This document shows, one piece after another, positions 29,524 to 38,963 of a stretch of 64,000 nt of DNA. This stretch comes from Candidatus Bathyarchaeia archaeon. Lineage in GTDB: Archaea > Thermoproteota > Bathyarchaeia > Bathyarchaeales > Bathycorpusculaceae. The notes beneath the pieces are model-generated. The model had not been told where the DNA came from, searched no databases, and was given only the letters and a program-made list of their open reading frames with translations. The position numbers were made by a program, and so were the translations under genes. The stretch spans positions 1 to 64,000 of the forward strand of contig JAVZLH010000001.1 of NCBI GenBank assembly GCA_038883855.1. Direction: 5' to 3'. Every line of letters starts with the position of its first letter. Position 1 is the first letter of the stretch.

Positions 29524-30357
29524 TTAAAGGCTTTCTGCATGTCCTTTTAATTCGTCAAAAAGTTCAGGTCGTAGATCTTTCAAAGTTGGGACGAAAGTTT
29601 CAGTTGGCTTTATGTCCGCGTAGTCAATAGCACCAATTACAAGGTCTTCCTCGTCATACTTTGCGCAAGCAATAAGTTTTCCTTGAGGGCCTACAAGTCT
29701 GCTTCCTCCCCAAAATTGTAGGCCGTTTTCTATACCTACTAGATTAACGTATGCTAGGAAAGTGGTGTTTTCTATCGCTCTTGCCAATGTCAAAGTTTCG
29801 AAAAATGTCTTTCGAACAGATGGTGAGGCTGAAATGCAAACAATTAACTGGGCGCCTTTAAGGCGAGTTAGACGACATATTTCTGGAAAGAAGATGTCGT
29901 AACAGATTATCAACCCTATTCTCCCGATTTCTGTTTCGAAAGTTGCTGCTTGATATCCGGGTCGGAAATACCTTTTTTCTTCAAAAACACTGTGTGTTGG
30001 AAGGTGTATCTTCCGGTATTTTCCAACAAAACCTTCCGGCCCAACAAGAATTGCTGTGTTGTAAACCACGGCTTGAGTTTTCTCGCTTAATTCTGGCATA
30101 CCGAAAATTATATGCGTTTTATGTTTCTTCGCAACGTTTTCTATAGCCTTTGTTGAAGGTCCCGGTATTGTTTCCGCTAACTCGTAAATTTGGTCTCGAA
30201 TGACGTAGCCCGTTAGCGAAAGTTCTGGGAAAATTACGAGATGTGCATCTTGTTCTTTAGCTTTTGCGACGTATTTTTCCATTTTCCTAATGTTTTCTTT
30301 TTTGTTTCCTCTGTTGCAGCTTATTTGGGCTAGGGCAATCTTAAACTTACTTATCAT
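29524..30357 (-). CDS. Carbon-nitrogen hydrolase (nitrilase superfamily)
   Basis: E-K-C triad in FPELSLTGY, YRKIHLP and ICYDIFFPE. Confidence 0.9.
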   Translation of the reverse strand: MISKFKIALAQISCNRGNKKENIRKMEKYVAKAKEQDAHLVIFPELSLTGYVIRDQIYELAETIPGPSTKAIENVAKKHKTHIIFGMPELSEKTQAVVYNTAILVGPEGFVGKYRKIHLPTHSVFEEKRYFRPGYQAATFETEIGRIGLIICYDIFFPEICRLTRLKGAQLIVCISASPSVRKTFFETLTLARAIENTTFLAYVNLVGIENGLQFWGGSRLVGPQGKLIACAKYDEEDLVIGAIDYADIKPTETFVPTLKDLRPELFDELKGHAESL

Positions 30358-30378
30358 GCCTAATCTTACCCGAACAGC

Positions 30379-31221
30379 TTACATGAAATCCCGTGGGAGC
30401 CTCAAATCCATTCCCACGGTTCTATATCCAAGCTTGATGGTTAATAGCGTTTGCCTTTTGTGTTCTGTGGAAAGCCACCTTTTCTTCACTCTCTCCACCA
30501 AATCTTTTTCTATCCCCAGCTGCTGCGCTATTTCCTCTGTTTCCATAAAATGTTCAAGCCCGTAGAGGATGAGATCAAGCTGTTCATATTTTATACCTAA
30601 CTCGTTTTCAGCGAGTTGCCCTGGCCACAAGGCTGGTGATGGAGGCTTTTCTACAATCTCGCTGGGGACGCCTATGTGCTGGGCCAGTTTTCGGACTTGT
30701 GTCTTGTATAGGTCGAGGAGCGGCCAAATGTCTGCTGCTGCGTCTCCCCATTTTGTGAAATATCCCATCATGGCTTCTGATTTGTCTGAACTGCCGCACA
30801 CAAGCATGTTGAGCTTGTTAGCGTAGTAATAAATGCAAATCATCCGTGTTCTAGCCTTTATGTTACCCTTAGAGACCTTCTCAGCTGGGTCAAAGACGGG
30901 TATGGTATTGTAAAAAGCGCGCAAAACTGCTGTGATATCACAAATGTGGGTTTTAAACCCAAACTTTTTTGCCAAAAGCTGTGCGTGTTCAATGTCCCGC
31001 TCATTACGCGTTTCCCCTTCTGGAAGTATAAGTCCTAAAACTTTGTCTCCCCCTATAGCCAAGGCGGAAAGCGCCGCCGCTGTGCTGCTGTCTACTCCTC
31101 CTGATGCGCCCAATACTATACCGTTTGCCCCAGACTTTTCTACGTAATCCTTAATGAAGCGCTTAATTTTCCCCTCAACTTCAACCCAGTTCATATCTAG
31201 AACGGACGGAGTTAACTCCAA
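30379..31221 (-). CDS. nadE: NAD+ synthetase (single domain)
   Basis: SGGVDS, NIKARTRM, GYFTKWGD and KPPSPALWPGQ motifs. Confidence 0.93.
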   Translation of the reverse strand: MELTPSVLDMNWVEVEGKIKRFIKDYVEKSGANGIVLGASGGVDSSTAAALSALAIGGDKVLGLILPEGETRNERDIEHAQLLAKKFGFKTHICDITAVLRAFYNTIPVFDPAEKVSKGNIKARTRMICIYYYANKLNMLVCGSSDKSEAMMGYFTKWGDAAADIWPLLDLYKTQVRKLAQHIGVPSEIVEKPPSPALWPGQLAENELGIKYEQLDLILYGLEHFMETEEIAQQLGIEKDLVERVKKRWLSTEHKRQTLLTIKLGYRTVGMDLRLPRDFM

Positions 31222-31412
31222 CCTAATCCCAACCGTTTAGGTGTAAGGCAAATATTTAAAGACAAATATAAATACTGAAAGGTTATAAATTTAAGGCATA
31301 GAAGGCCTTTATATGAGGCGAAATATGCGCGAACTACGGGATACATCAAAAGGCGTGTATGAGGGGCGACCTTCTGAGGTTAGTGTTAGAAAGGTTTATT
31401 GAGGCTGGGTTT

Positions 31413-32165
31413 ATGGTCGGTCCTATTGAAAAATATTTGCTCGAAAAGATAGAGGCTGAAAGTGCTATCCACATCACGCTTATAGACCCTGAAGAGGTTA
31501 CGCCTCCGCAAGCCTCAACAATAGCAAGCAAAGCGGAAAAGAGCGGGACATCGGCCATAATGGTAGGAGGCTCAACTTTTATTTCATCTGCCCATTTGGA
31601 TAAAGTGGTCAAAGCTGTGAAAAAGGTTGTTGAGTTACCAGTAATTCTTTTCCCGAACAACGTTACTGGAATAACCCGTTATGCTGATGCCATATGGTTT
31701 ATGTCTCTGCTAAACTCTACCGACCCCTACTTCTTGATGGGAGCCCAAGTGCTAGGAGCCCCCTTAGTTAAAAAGTACCGTTTGGAGCCAATCCCCCTTG
31801 GATACATAATTGTGGGTGACGGTGGCACAGCTGGCATTGTTGGTAAAGCTGTTCCCATACCGTATAATAAGCCAGAACTTGCGGCAGCTCATGCCTTAGC
31901 GGGACAATATTTGGGAATGCGATTCATTTATTTGGAGGCGGGGTCAGGAGCGAAAAAACCTGTTCCTGCGAGTATGATTAGCGCTGTTAAACGTTGCATT
32001 GATGTTCCTCTAATAGTTGGGGGCGGTATTAGAACTAGGGAAGAAGCGTTGGCAGCGGCATCTGCAGGGGCGAATATTATTGTTACAGGCAACGTTGTTG
32101 AAAATTCAGGGGTTAGGAAGAAGGTTTCCGAAATTGTCGGCGGCATAAGGCATAACCGACGTTGA
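31413..32165 (+). CDS. Geranylgeranylglyceryl phosphate synthase
   Basis: LIDPE, MVGGS, YLEAGSG and VGGGIR motifs; likely ATG at 31413. Confidence 0.92.
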   Translation: MVGPIEKYLLEKIEAESAIHITLIDPEEVTPPQASTIASKAEKSGTSAIMVGGSTFISSAHLDKVVKAVKKVVELPVILFPNNVTGITRYADAIWFMSLLNSTDPYFLMGAQVLGAPLVKKYRLEPIPLGYIIVGDGGTAGIVGKAVPIPYNKPELAAAHALAGQYLGMRFIYLEAGSGAKKPVPASMISAVKRCIDVPLIVGGGIRTREEALAAASAGANIIVTGNVVENSGVRKKVSEIVGGIRHNRR

Positions 32166-32285
32166 ATTGCACCTTTTCTGTGAATTTTACCTTGCAATAA
32201 AAAACTTAGGTTGGAAGCTTTTTGACTTCTTCTTGTTAGAAAGCCAAAATAGAGAATGGTGTGCATCAAGTTTGGGAGGTAAAGC

Positions 32286-35200
32286 TTGAACGGTCCAATA
32301 AGTGAAACATATCGCCAATACGTAACTGCATTGGAAAGCGAGTTTAAACGGTTATACGCTTTAAGTGAAAAAGCGAGAGAAAAAGGGTTCGACCCTGCGC
32401 TAAAGCCAGAATCCAAAATTGCAAGAGATCTAGCAGACCTTGTAGAGGGTCTTGTAGGTCCAAAAGGCGTGGCCGAAAGCATTAGGGAATTAAGCGAGAA
32501 ACTTTCGCGCGAAGAATTAGCCTTTAAAATAGTTGAAGAAATAATTTATGGAAAATTTGGCCACATGGAACCCGAGGCGGCGGCGGAACAAGCGATACGA
32601 ACTGCCCTTGCAATTTTCACTGAGGGGCTCACCGCAGCGCCGATACAGGGAGTGGCGAAGGTTAAAATTAAAACAAACCGTGACCGCACTCGCTATCTTG
32701 CCATTTACTTTGCTGGTCCAATAAGGTCTGCGGGCGGAACAGACCAGGCGCTGACGCTTGTTGTAGGAGATTTCGTGCGACGTCTTCTCGGCTTAGACCG
32801 TTACAAGCCTTTGGACGATGAGGTTTCACGCTTTATTGAAGAAGTAAGGCTTTATGAACGTTCAGTAAGCCGTTTTCAATACCATGTTTCTGATGAGGAA
32901 TTGCGGAGAGCTCTCCAATGGCTGCCAGTGGAAGTTACAGGCACGGAATCCGACCCCATAGAAGTTTCTGCTTTTCGGAATCTTCCCCGAATTGAAACCA
33001 ACCGTTTGAGGGGCGGAGCCCTCCGCGTTGTTAATGATGGCATTGTTGGGCGCGCGCCAAAAGTTTGGGCTATTATAGAGAAGCTTGGTTTTCAAGGATG
33101 GGATTGGCTGAAGGAGTTTCAAAAGAAGTCTGAGAAAAAATCCGGAGGCTTTATGGATGATGTAATTGCTGGACGCCCGATATTCTCTTTTCCGTCTGCC
33201 CGTGGCGGTTTTAGGTTAAGGTATGGTAGGGCGAGAAACACGGGCTTAGCCGCCGTTGGAATGCACCCGGCAAGCATGCAAGTGCTCGGCGGCTTTTTGG
33301 CGGCTGGAACACAACTACGTTTGGAGCTTCCAGGCAAGGGTGGCATTGCGGTTCCAGTTGACGCTTTAGAACCGCCAATTGTCAAGCTGAAAGATGGTTC
33401 TGTTGTTCGTGTTTCCACTGAAAACTATGCTAGGATAAAGGGTGATGTTGAGAAAATTCTCTTTTTGGGAGACATTTTAATCAGTTTTGGGGATTTTCTT
33501 TACAACAGTAAAGTTCTCGTGCCTTCTGGGTATGTTGAAGAGTGGTGGGCTGAAGATCTGAAAAGGGCTTTGGCTGAAAAATTCAATGGTAACCTTGAAA
33601 AGGCTGCGGAAGCTGCAAAAATTCCAGTGGAGAAAATTAAGGGTTTCTTGGAAAATCCATTTGGCAAAAAGCCAAATGTTAAAGAAGCTATAGCCTTGTC
33701 GTTTGCAATTGGTGTTCCTCTTCACCCGGCTTTCACGTTTTTCTGGTCGAATCTTGTTTCGCTTGAAGAGCTTGCCCTTTTAAGGAAATGGCTCTCTGCT
33801 TCCGTAGTTGATTATGGTAATGGAGTCTGCAAAATTTCTGGAGAGATAGACGCAAAGGTCAAGCATGCCCTAGAGGCTATTTATTTGCCGCACAAGGTTT
33901 TAGATGGAAAAATAGTTGTCGAAAACGAGGAAGCCTATGCCTTTGCCTTTTCCCTTGGCTATGGAACTACGCGGAACACTGATATTTCAGCGGCAAAATC
34001 TGTTTTGGAAGCTGTCAGTTTGCTTTCCGGCGTGCAAATTAGGGATAAGGCTCCTACGCTTGTTGGCGCCAGAATGGGAAGACCTGAAAAGGCAAAGCGG
34101 CGGGAAATGAAGCCCCCTGTTCATGTTCTTTTCCCCGTTGGCTTGGCTGGAGGTGCCCAAAGAGACATTGTAGAGGCGGCGAAGGGAGGGCCAGTTTTTG
34201 TGGAGGTTGTTAAGCGTAAATGCCCAACGTGTAAGACGTTTACCTTTGGCATAAGATGTCCTGTTTGTGGCTCTGAAACTGTCACTGAAAATGTTTGTCC
34301 TATATGCGGGAAGAGTGTGAAGAATGATAAATGTCCAATTTGTAAAGTGCCGGCAAAACCCTTCCAAACGCAAGTTGTTAACTTTAAGGAACTGTTGGAG
34401 ACGGCTTGTGCGCGTTTGGGTTTTTCTTTGCCTAAGGTTTTGAAAGGCGTTAGAGGGTTAACAAATGAGACAAAGACTCCGGAGATTATTGAGAAGGGTG
34501 TTCTCCGCGCTAAATATGACTTGTCTGTTTACAAGGATGGCACAATTCGTTTTGACGCGACAAATGCTCCCTTAACGCATTTTAAACCGTCTGAAATTGG
34601 AGTGTCTGTTGAGAAACTGAAGGAGCTTGGCTATGCCTATGATGTTTATGGCGCGCCGTTAACTAACCCAGATCAAGTTTGTGAATTAAAGATTCAAGAC
34701 ATCATCATTCCCGTGAAATGCGCGGAATATTTTGTTCATGTTGCAAATTTCCTAGATGACCTTTTAACCAAGGTTTATGGGCTCGCTACCTACTATAACG
34801 TTAGGAAGCCGGAAGATCTTGTGGGGCATCTTGTTTTTGGCTTAGCTCCTCATACATCTGTGGGTATTCTGGGGCGGATTGTTGGCTTCACCAGTTTAAA
34901 TGTTTGTTATGCTCATCCAGTTTGGCATTCTGCTAAACGCAGAGATTGTGATGGCGACGAGGATGCGTTGATGCTTGCTTTGGACACTTTGCTTAACTTT
35001 TCAACTGAGTATTTGCCCGCGCAAATAGGCGGGATAATGGATGCTCCGCTGCTTGTGATTCCTGTTGTCAACACTAAGGAAGTGCAGAGGCAAGCCCATG
35101 ATTTTGATGTCGCAGAGGCTTATCCTCTCGAGTTTTACGAGAAAACATGGGAAAAAGTGGAAGCCAAACGCGTAAGTTCCCTCATAGACCTTATCGAATA

Positions 35201-35699
35201 CAGACTCGGCACCGAGGCACAGTTCGAGGGCTTCAAGTTTACTGTGCCAGTCACGAATGTCAACATGGGGAATCCTGAAAGCGCCTATAAACGGCTTACA
35301 ACGATGATTGATAAACTTAACAGCCAGTTGGAGTTGGCTGAGAAAATAGAGGCTGTGGACGCGAGAAGGGTTGCCCTTAAGGTTTTAACAACGCATTTCA
35401 TAAGGGACATTGCTGGTAATTTGCGGGCTTACTCCACTCAAGGTTTTAGGTGCAAAGCATGCAACAAACGTTTTCGCCGTTTACCTCTTTGCGGAAAATG
35501 CCCGTCATGCGGTGGGCAACTAACTTTAACGGTTTACCGTGGGGGCATCGAAAAATATTTGGAGGCAGCTCAGCGGTTGGTTGAAAGGTATGGTTTGCCG
35601 CAGTATTATGCTCAGAGGATTTTGTTAATGAAAGAGGAGATTAAGGCGTTGTTTGAGGGGAAAAAGCGGAAGCAAATCAGCCTAATTGATTTTGCCTAA
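32286..35699 (+). CDS. polD2: DNA polymerase D large subunit DP2, no intein
   Basis: FAGPIRSAGGT, GGFRLRYGR, RMGRPEK, catalytic RRDCDGDED and zinc-finger Cys clusters. Confidence 0.97.
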   Translation: MNGPISETYRQYVTALESEFKRLYALSEKAREKGFDPALKPESKIARDLADLVEGLVGPKGVAESIRELSEKLSREELAFKIVEEIIYGKFGHMEPEAAAEQAIRTALAIFTEGLTAAPIQGVAKVKIKTNRDRTRYLAIYFAGPIRSAGGTDQALTLVVGDFVRRLLGLDRYKPLDDEVSRFIEEVRLYERSVSRFQYHVSDEELRRALQWLPVEVTGTESDPIEVSAFRNLPRIETNRLRGGALRVVNDGIVGRAPKVWAIIEKLGFQGWDWLKEFQKKSEKKSGGFMDDVIAGRPIFSFPSARGGFRLRYGRARNTGLAAVGMHPASMQVLGGFLAAGTQLRLELPGKGGIAVPVDALEPPIVKLKDGSVVRVSTENYARIKGDVEKILFLGDILISFGDFLYNSKVLVPSGYVEEWWAEDLKRALAEKFNGNLEKAAEAAKIPVEKIKGFLENPFGKKPNVKEAIALSFAIGVPLHPAFTFFWSNLVSLEELALLRKWLSASVVDYGNGVCKISGEIDAKVKHALEAIYLPHKVLDGKIVVENEEAYAFAFSLGYGTTRNTDISAAKSVLEAVSLLSGVQIRDKAPTLVGARMGRPEKAKRREMKPPVHVLFPVGLAGGAQRDIVEAAKGGPVFVEVVKRKCPTCKTFTFGIRCPVCGSETVTENVCPICGKSVKNDKCPICKVPAKPFQTQVVNFKELLETACARLGFSLPKVLKGVRGLTNETKTPEIIEKGVLRAKYDLSVYKDGTIRFDATNAPLTHFKPSEIGVSVEKLKELGYAYDVYGAPLTNPDQVCELKIQDIIIPVKCAEYFVHVANFLDDLLTKVYGLATYYNVRKPEDLVGHLVFGLAPHTSVGILGRIVGFTSLNVCYAHPVWHSAKRRDCDGDEDALMLALDTLLNFSTEYLPAQIGGIMDAPLLVIPVVNTKEVQRQAHDFDVAEAYPLEFYEKTWEKVEAKRVSSLIDLIEYRLGTEAQFEGFKFTVPVTNVNMGNPESAYKRLTTMIDKLNSQLELAEKIEAVDARRVALKVLTTHFIRDIAGNLRAYSTQGFRCKACNKRFRRLPLCGKCPSCGGQLTLTVYRGGIEKYLEAAQRLVERYGLPQYYAQRILLMKEEIKALFEGKKRKQISLIDFA

Positions 35700-35745
35700 G
35701 AAAACTTTTCTATGTAAACGGCGAATTTATTCTCGGTGAACTCCC

Positions 35746-36018
35746 ATCAAAGAAGTTTACCATCCCAACGCCTACTTAACGAAAATTAGGAACGTTAAAC
35801 TTGGGTTAAGGGCGAGAACCCAAATACTAAACGTGTTAGAGAAAAAGAGTTTAAGCGACGCCAAAAACGTCGCCAAAGAAGCAAAACTGCTGTATAATGT
35901 TGTTATTCACCATTTAAGGCTTTTAGAAATGGAGGGGATGGTTGAAAGAAGGGGACACCGACCCTACACTTGGGGGCTTACTGGTTTGGGACAGAAGCGC
36001 CTAAATAATCTAGTCTAA
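35746..36018 (+). CDS. Small ArsR-like winged-helix protein; start extended upstream of the ORF-track GTG at 35833
   Basis: In-frame IKEVYHPNAYLTKIRNVKLGLRARTQIL precedes the wHTH (YNVVIHHLRLLEMEGMV); GGTGA SD before ATC at 35746. Confidence 0.65.
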   Translation: MKEVYHPNAYLTKIRNVKLGLRARTQILNVLEKKSLSDAKNVAKEAKLLYNVVIHHLRLLEMEGMVERRGHRPYTWGLTGLGQKRLNNLV

Positions 36019-36302
36019 AAAGGGCATTGGCAAGGCATCCGCCCGCACTTTGGACATTTGTTGTCATATTTGGCGAGGGCAGCTTTCTCAAGGTCTATGT
36101 TGGCGATGTTTGCAAGCGAAGCCAGCCACGCGATGACATCTGCAAATTCGTTTTCTATGGCTTTTTTGTCTGCGCTTTCTAATGCCTCTTTCAATTCTTC
36201 AACTTCTTCTACAAGCCAATTATAGGTTTTAGTTAAGCCCCGTTCAGAATCCCTATGGAAGTAAAGGCGCCGCATCAACTCTTGAAACTCGTGTATGTGC
36301 AT
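36015..36302 (-). CDS. MazG-like NTP pyrophosphohydrolase
   Basis: WLVEEVEEL...NEFADV motifs; C-terminal CPKC..CQC. Confidence 0.88.
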   Translation of the reverse strand: MHIHEFQELMRRLYFHRDSERGLTKTYNWLVEEVEELKEALESADKKAIENEFADVIAWLASLANIANIDLEKAALAKYDNKCPKCGRMPCQCPF

Positions 36303-36351
36303 GATGTTCCTACCCGTTTTCTAAATTATGTGCGTGTTCCTCGTTAAGACT

Positions 36352-36783
36352 TTAATGTTGGAATTGGGCTAGGTTTTTCTGTCCTTTTGCGGTTATGTGG
36401 AATACTTTTACGCCTTTCCGTTCCAAGTGTGCAGAGATAAACCTTCTATGGCAGTATTTTGGGTTCGGTTCCATGCACATTATACATGTTCGCTTTTGAG
36501 AGGCAATTGCCAGCAACTTCTGGACTCCTTCCCTAAAGAGTTTTGTTCGCATATGCGCCTTATATCCTCCCCTTCGGTATCCTCCAAGTTCTTTTCCCAG
36601 CCAAACATATTCTATGCCGTGTTCTGGAAGCCACTTTTCCATTTGCTCCCTTTTAAAATGGTCAACTTTTGACGTTGGAAAACTGCGGACATCGACAAGA
36701 ACCTGGATTCCATGTTCGCTTAGCAACCCTAAGAACTTATCTTTTGGGTGATTGCTGTGCCCAACAGTCCATATTATAATCAA
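36352..36783 (-). CDS. DUF488-family protein
   Basis: WTVGHS, LVDVRSFP and MCME...CHRR motifs. Confidence 0.85.
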   Translation of the reverse strand: MIIIWTVGHSNHPKDKFLGLLSEHGIQVLVDVRSFPTSKVDHFKREQMEKWLPEHGIEYVWLGKELGGYRRGGYKAHMRTKLFREGVQKLLAIASQKRTCIMCMEPNPKYCHRRFISAHLERKGVKVFHITAKGQKNLAQFQH

Positions 36784-36812
36784 AGGTTGTCACTGAAGAT
36801 TCTAAACTTATT

Positions 36813-38129
36813 TTAACGAATTTTTATGTATTCGTATGCCTCTGTTGCGTTTTCAAAACAATAGTGCACTTTTTGGTATTCCTTTCTGAACTCCGCCACG
36901 TCCGTTTTCACTTTTTCTGGCGGTTCCCTGTCTATTACCACACGCTTTATTAACTCAGCTATTTCCACCATTTCAGACTCTCTCATTCCAAGCCTTGTAA
37001 CCTCTGAAACGCCCAACCTTATCCCGCCAGGATGCTGGAAATGTCTTCCTTCCTTAATATCCCATGGCAAAAGGTTCCTGTTTATTATTATGTTTGCTTT
37101 TTCCAAAGTCGCTTCGATTGTGCCGCCGTCGCCTTGTTTTGTTACGTCTATTAGGATTACATGTGACTGGGTGAAGCCCTTATGCTCCGCCAAAACATTC
37201 AATCCCCTTTCGTAAAGAGCTTGAGCCAAAGCCTTAGCGTTCTTCACCACTTGACTTGCATATTCCCTTCCAAACTCCAACATCTCAGCACATGCAACTG
37301 CGACACCAGCCACCGCATGCAAATGATGATTACTCACCATCCCCGGGAAAGTGGCGCGTTTTATTTTGTCCGCGTACTTTTCCCATGACAATACCCCGCC
37401 GTGTTGCGGTCCAAAAAATGTTTTGTGGGTGCTCAAGCTTACGACATCCGCTCCCTCTTTAAGGGGGTCTTGGAATTGTTTTCCAGCAATTAATCCCGCC
37501 ACATGGGCTGCGTCGTATCCAACTGTTCCGCCAACCGCCCGCACTGTGTCTGCTAATTCCTTTATTGGATGTGGAAATGGAAAGACGCTGGCGCCGAACA
37601 TAACGAGTTTTGGCGGTCGCCCTTCCGCTGCAAGCTTATCAATCCTCTCTTTAGCCTTATCCACATCAATGTTTAACTCCTTATAGTCTAAGGGCAAATA
37701 TTCAACAACTAAGCCATGAACAGCTCCAGCCGTGCCACCGAGCTCCTTTTTGCCCATTGTGATGTGGCCCCCGCATGGAATTGACAGCGCCATCATAGTG
37801 TCGCCCGGTTCTGTGAAAGCCGTGTAGACAACTAAGTTTGCCACAACACCTGAAATCGGTCTAACATCGACAAATTCTGCAGAAAACAGTTTTTTCATTA
37901 GTTCGATGCATTTAAACTCCACCTGGTCTATGTAGCAGCAACCAGCGTAAACACGTTCTCCAGGCCAGCCTTCGGCGTAACGATTTCCGAAATCTGTTGT
38001 TAGGGCTTCGCGAACTGCTGGGCTTGGGATGTTTTCGCTTGCTATGAGAGGGATGCATTCTCGGAACCATTTATGATGTTGTTCCAGAAGGCTAAATATG
38101 TGGTTGTACTCTTCTCGAGGATTTGCCAT
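36813..38129 (-). CDS. glyA: Serine hydroxymethyltransferase
   Basis: LIASEN, YAEG, YDAAHV and STHKTFFGP motifs. Confidence 0.95.
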   Translation of the reverse strand: MANPREEYNHIFSLLEQHHKWFRECIPLIASENIPSPAVREALTTDFGNRYAEGWPGERVYAGCCYIDQVEFKCIELMKKLFSAEFVDVRPISGVVANLVVYTAFTEPGDTMMALSIPCGGHITMGKKELGGTAGAVHGLVVEYLPLDYKELNIDVDKAKERIDKLAAEGRPPKLVMFGASVFPFPHPIKELADTVRAVGGTVGYDAAHVAGLIAGKQFQDPLKEGADVVSLSTHKTFFGPQHGGVLSWEKYADKIKRATFPGMVSNHHLHAVAGVAVACAEMLEFGREYASQVVKNAKALAQALYERGLNVLAEHKGFTQSHVILIDVTKQGDGGTIEATLEKANIIINRNLLPWDIKEGRHFQHPGGIRLGVSEVTRLGMRESEMVEIAELIKRVVIDREPPEKVKTDVAEFRKEYQKVHYCFENATEAYEYIKIR

Positions 38130-38253
38130 CGTAAGACACCTATTTTAGCCATACTATCGTTTGCGCCAGAATAAAAAGTGTTTGAGATGGCGTAACGTTA
38201 ATTAGTGAAGGAACAACCATAATTTACCGCCTAACCGTGGAAGAGGTTTGAAC

Positions 38254-38424
38254 ATGAGTAAGAAAAAGAGGAAGGAGTCGGCGCCAATGCCTGCGGCAAG
38301 TGCTGGTCTATTAAGGTTCTTTGAAGAGGAAACGGAAGGCGTTAAAGTTAGACCTGAGATTCTTATCGGTTTTGCAATAGCGCTGATTATCGTATGCGCT
38401 CTAGCGAAGTTGTTCTTTGGGTGA
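38254..38424 (+). CDS. secG: Preprotein translocase subunit Sec61beta (56 aa, below the ORF-track cutoff)
   Basis: MSKKKRKESAPMPAASAGLLRFFEEETEGVKVRPE followed by a C-terminal TM helix. Confidence 0.9.
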   Translation: MSKKKRKESAPMPAASAGLLRFFEEETEGVKVRPEILIGFAIALIIVCALAKLFFG

Positions 38425-38709
38425 CCTTAGCGGCGTGGTGTGCAAAACTTCTATGCGTTGAACAGAGTTAAGGTGGATGAAAATTTCGCTTCTTTCTTCT
38501 CTGCTTACAACTTGTGGTACTGGCTGAGCGATTGTTGCCCGCAAAGTAATTAACTCAGCGTCTGAAAGCCATATTCCTGCTGGTTCCCGCGTTATAGCCG
38601 CGAGCGTCCCCTCAAAGCCATAAGAAGGTTCCAGAATCACACGTACCTTTTTCCCATAATTCTTCTCAAGCATGTGAAATATGGTTAGGGGTATTTCTTG
38701 CTCTGGCAT
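38401..38709 (-). CDS. Small Sm/LSm-like fold hypothetical protein
   Basis: GKKVRVIL...FEGTL...IWLSDAE...EIFIHLNSVQRIEV resembles Sm1/Sm2 motifs. Confidence 0.55.
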   Translation of the reverse strand: MPEQEIPLTIFHMLEKNYGKKVRVILEPSYGFEGTLAAITREPAGIWLSDAELITLRATIAQPVPQVVSREERSEIFIHLNSVQRIEVLHTTPLRSPKEQLR

Positions 38710-38963
38710 TAAGTTTCGCAAAACATCTAATTGGAAGTTGGTAAATAAAACAGTTACCCTTCGCTGTTCTGCATACCTCTATCAATACAAGTGGTAGCCG
38801 TATAGGTGTTCTCCTTGCTGACTTTGACTACTTCATTTAAAATTCACGCTTAGTCTACAATACAATTATATTTTAGGCGTGTTTTAACCTTCACGAGTGT
38901 CTTTTCACGGAGAGTTGCGACATTTTTTAATATGCCCACTCCCTTTTAGAATCCGCGCTCAGG

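Noticed and set aside
32286-35699. Intein in DP2 (also considered for Cdc6 and Hel308)
   Set aside because: Lengths are normal and no C/S...HN splice motifs or LAGLIDADG blocks interrupt the conserved regions
38844-38909. Three TTCACG hexamers upstream of the DUF2070 gene
   Set aside because: Irregular spacing and no 19-bp or 11-bp-period arrangement; could be chance
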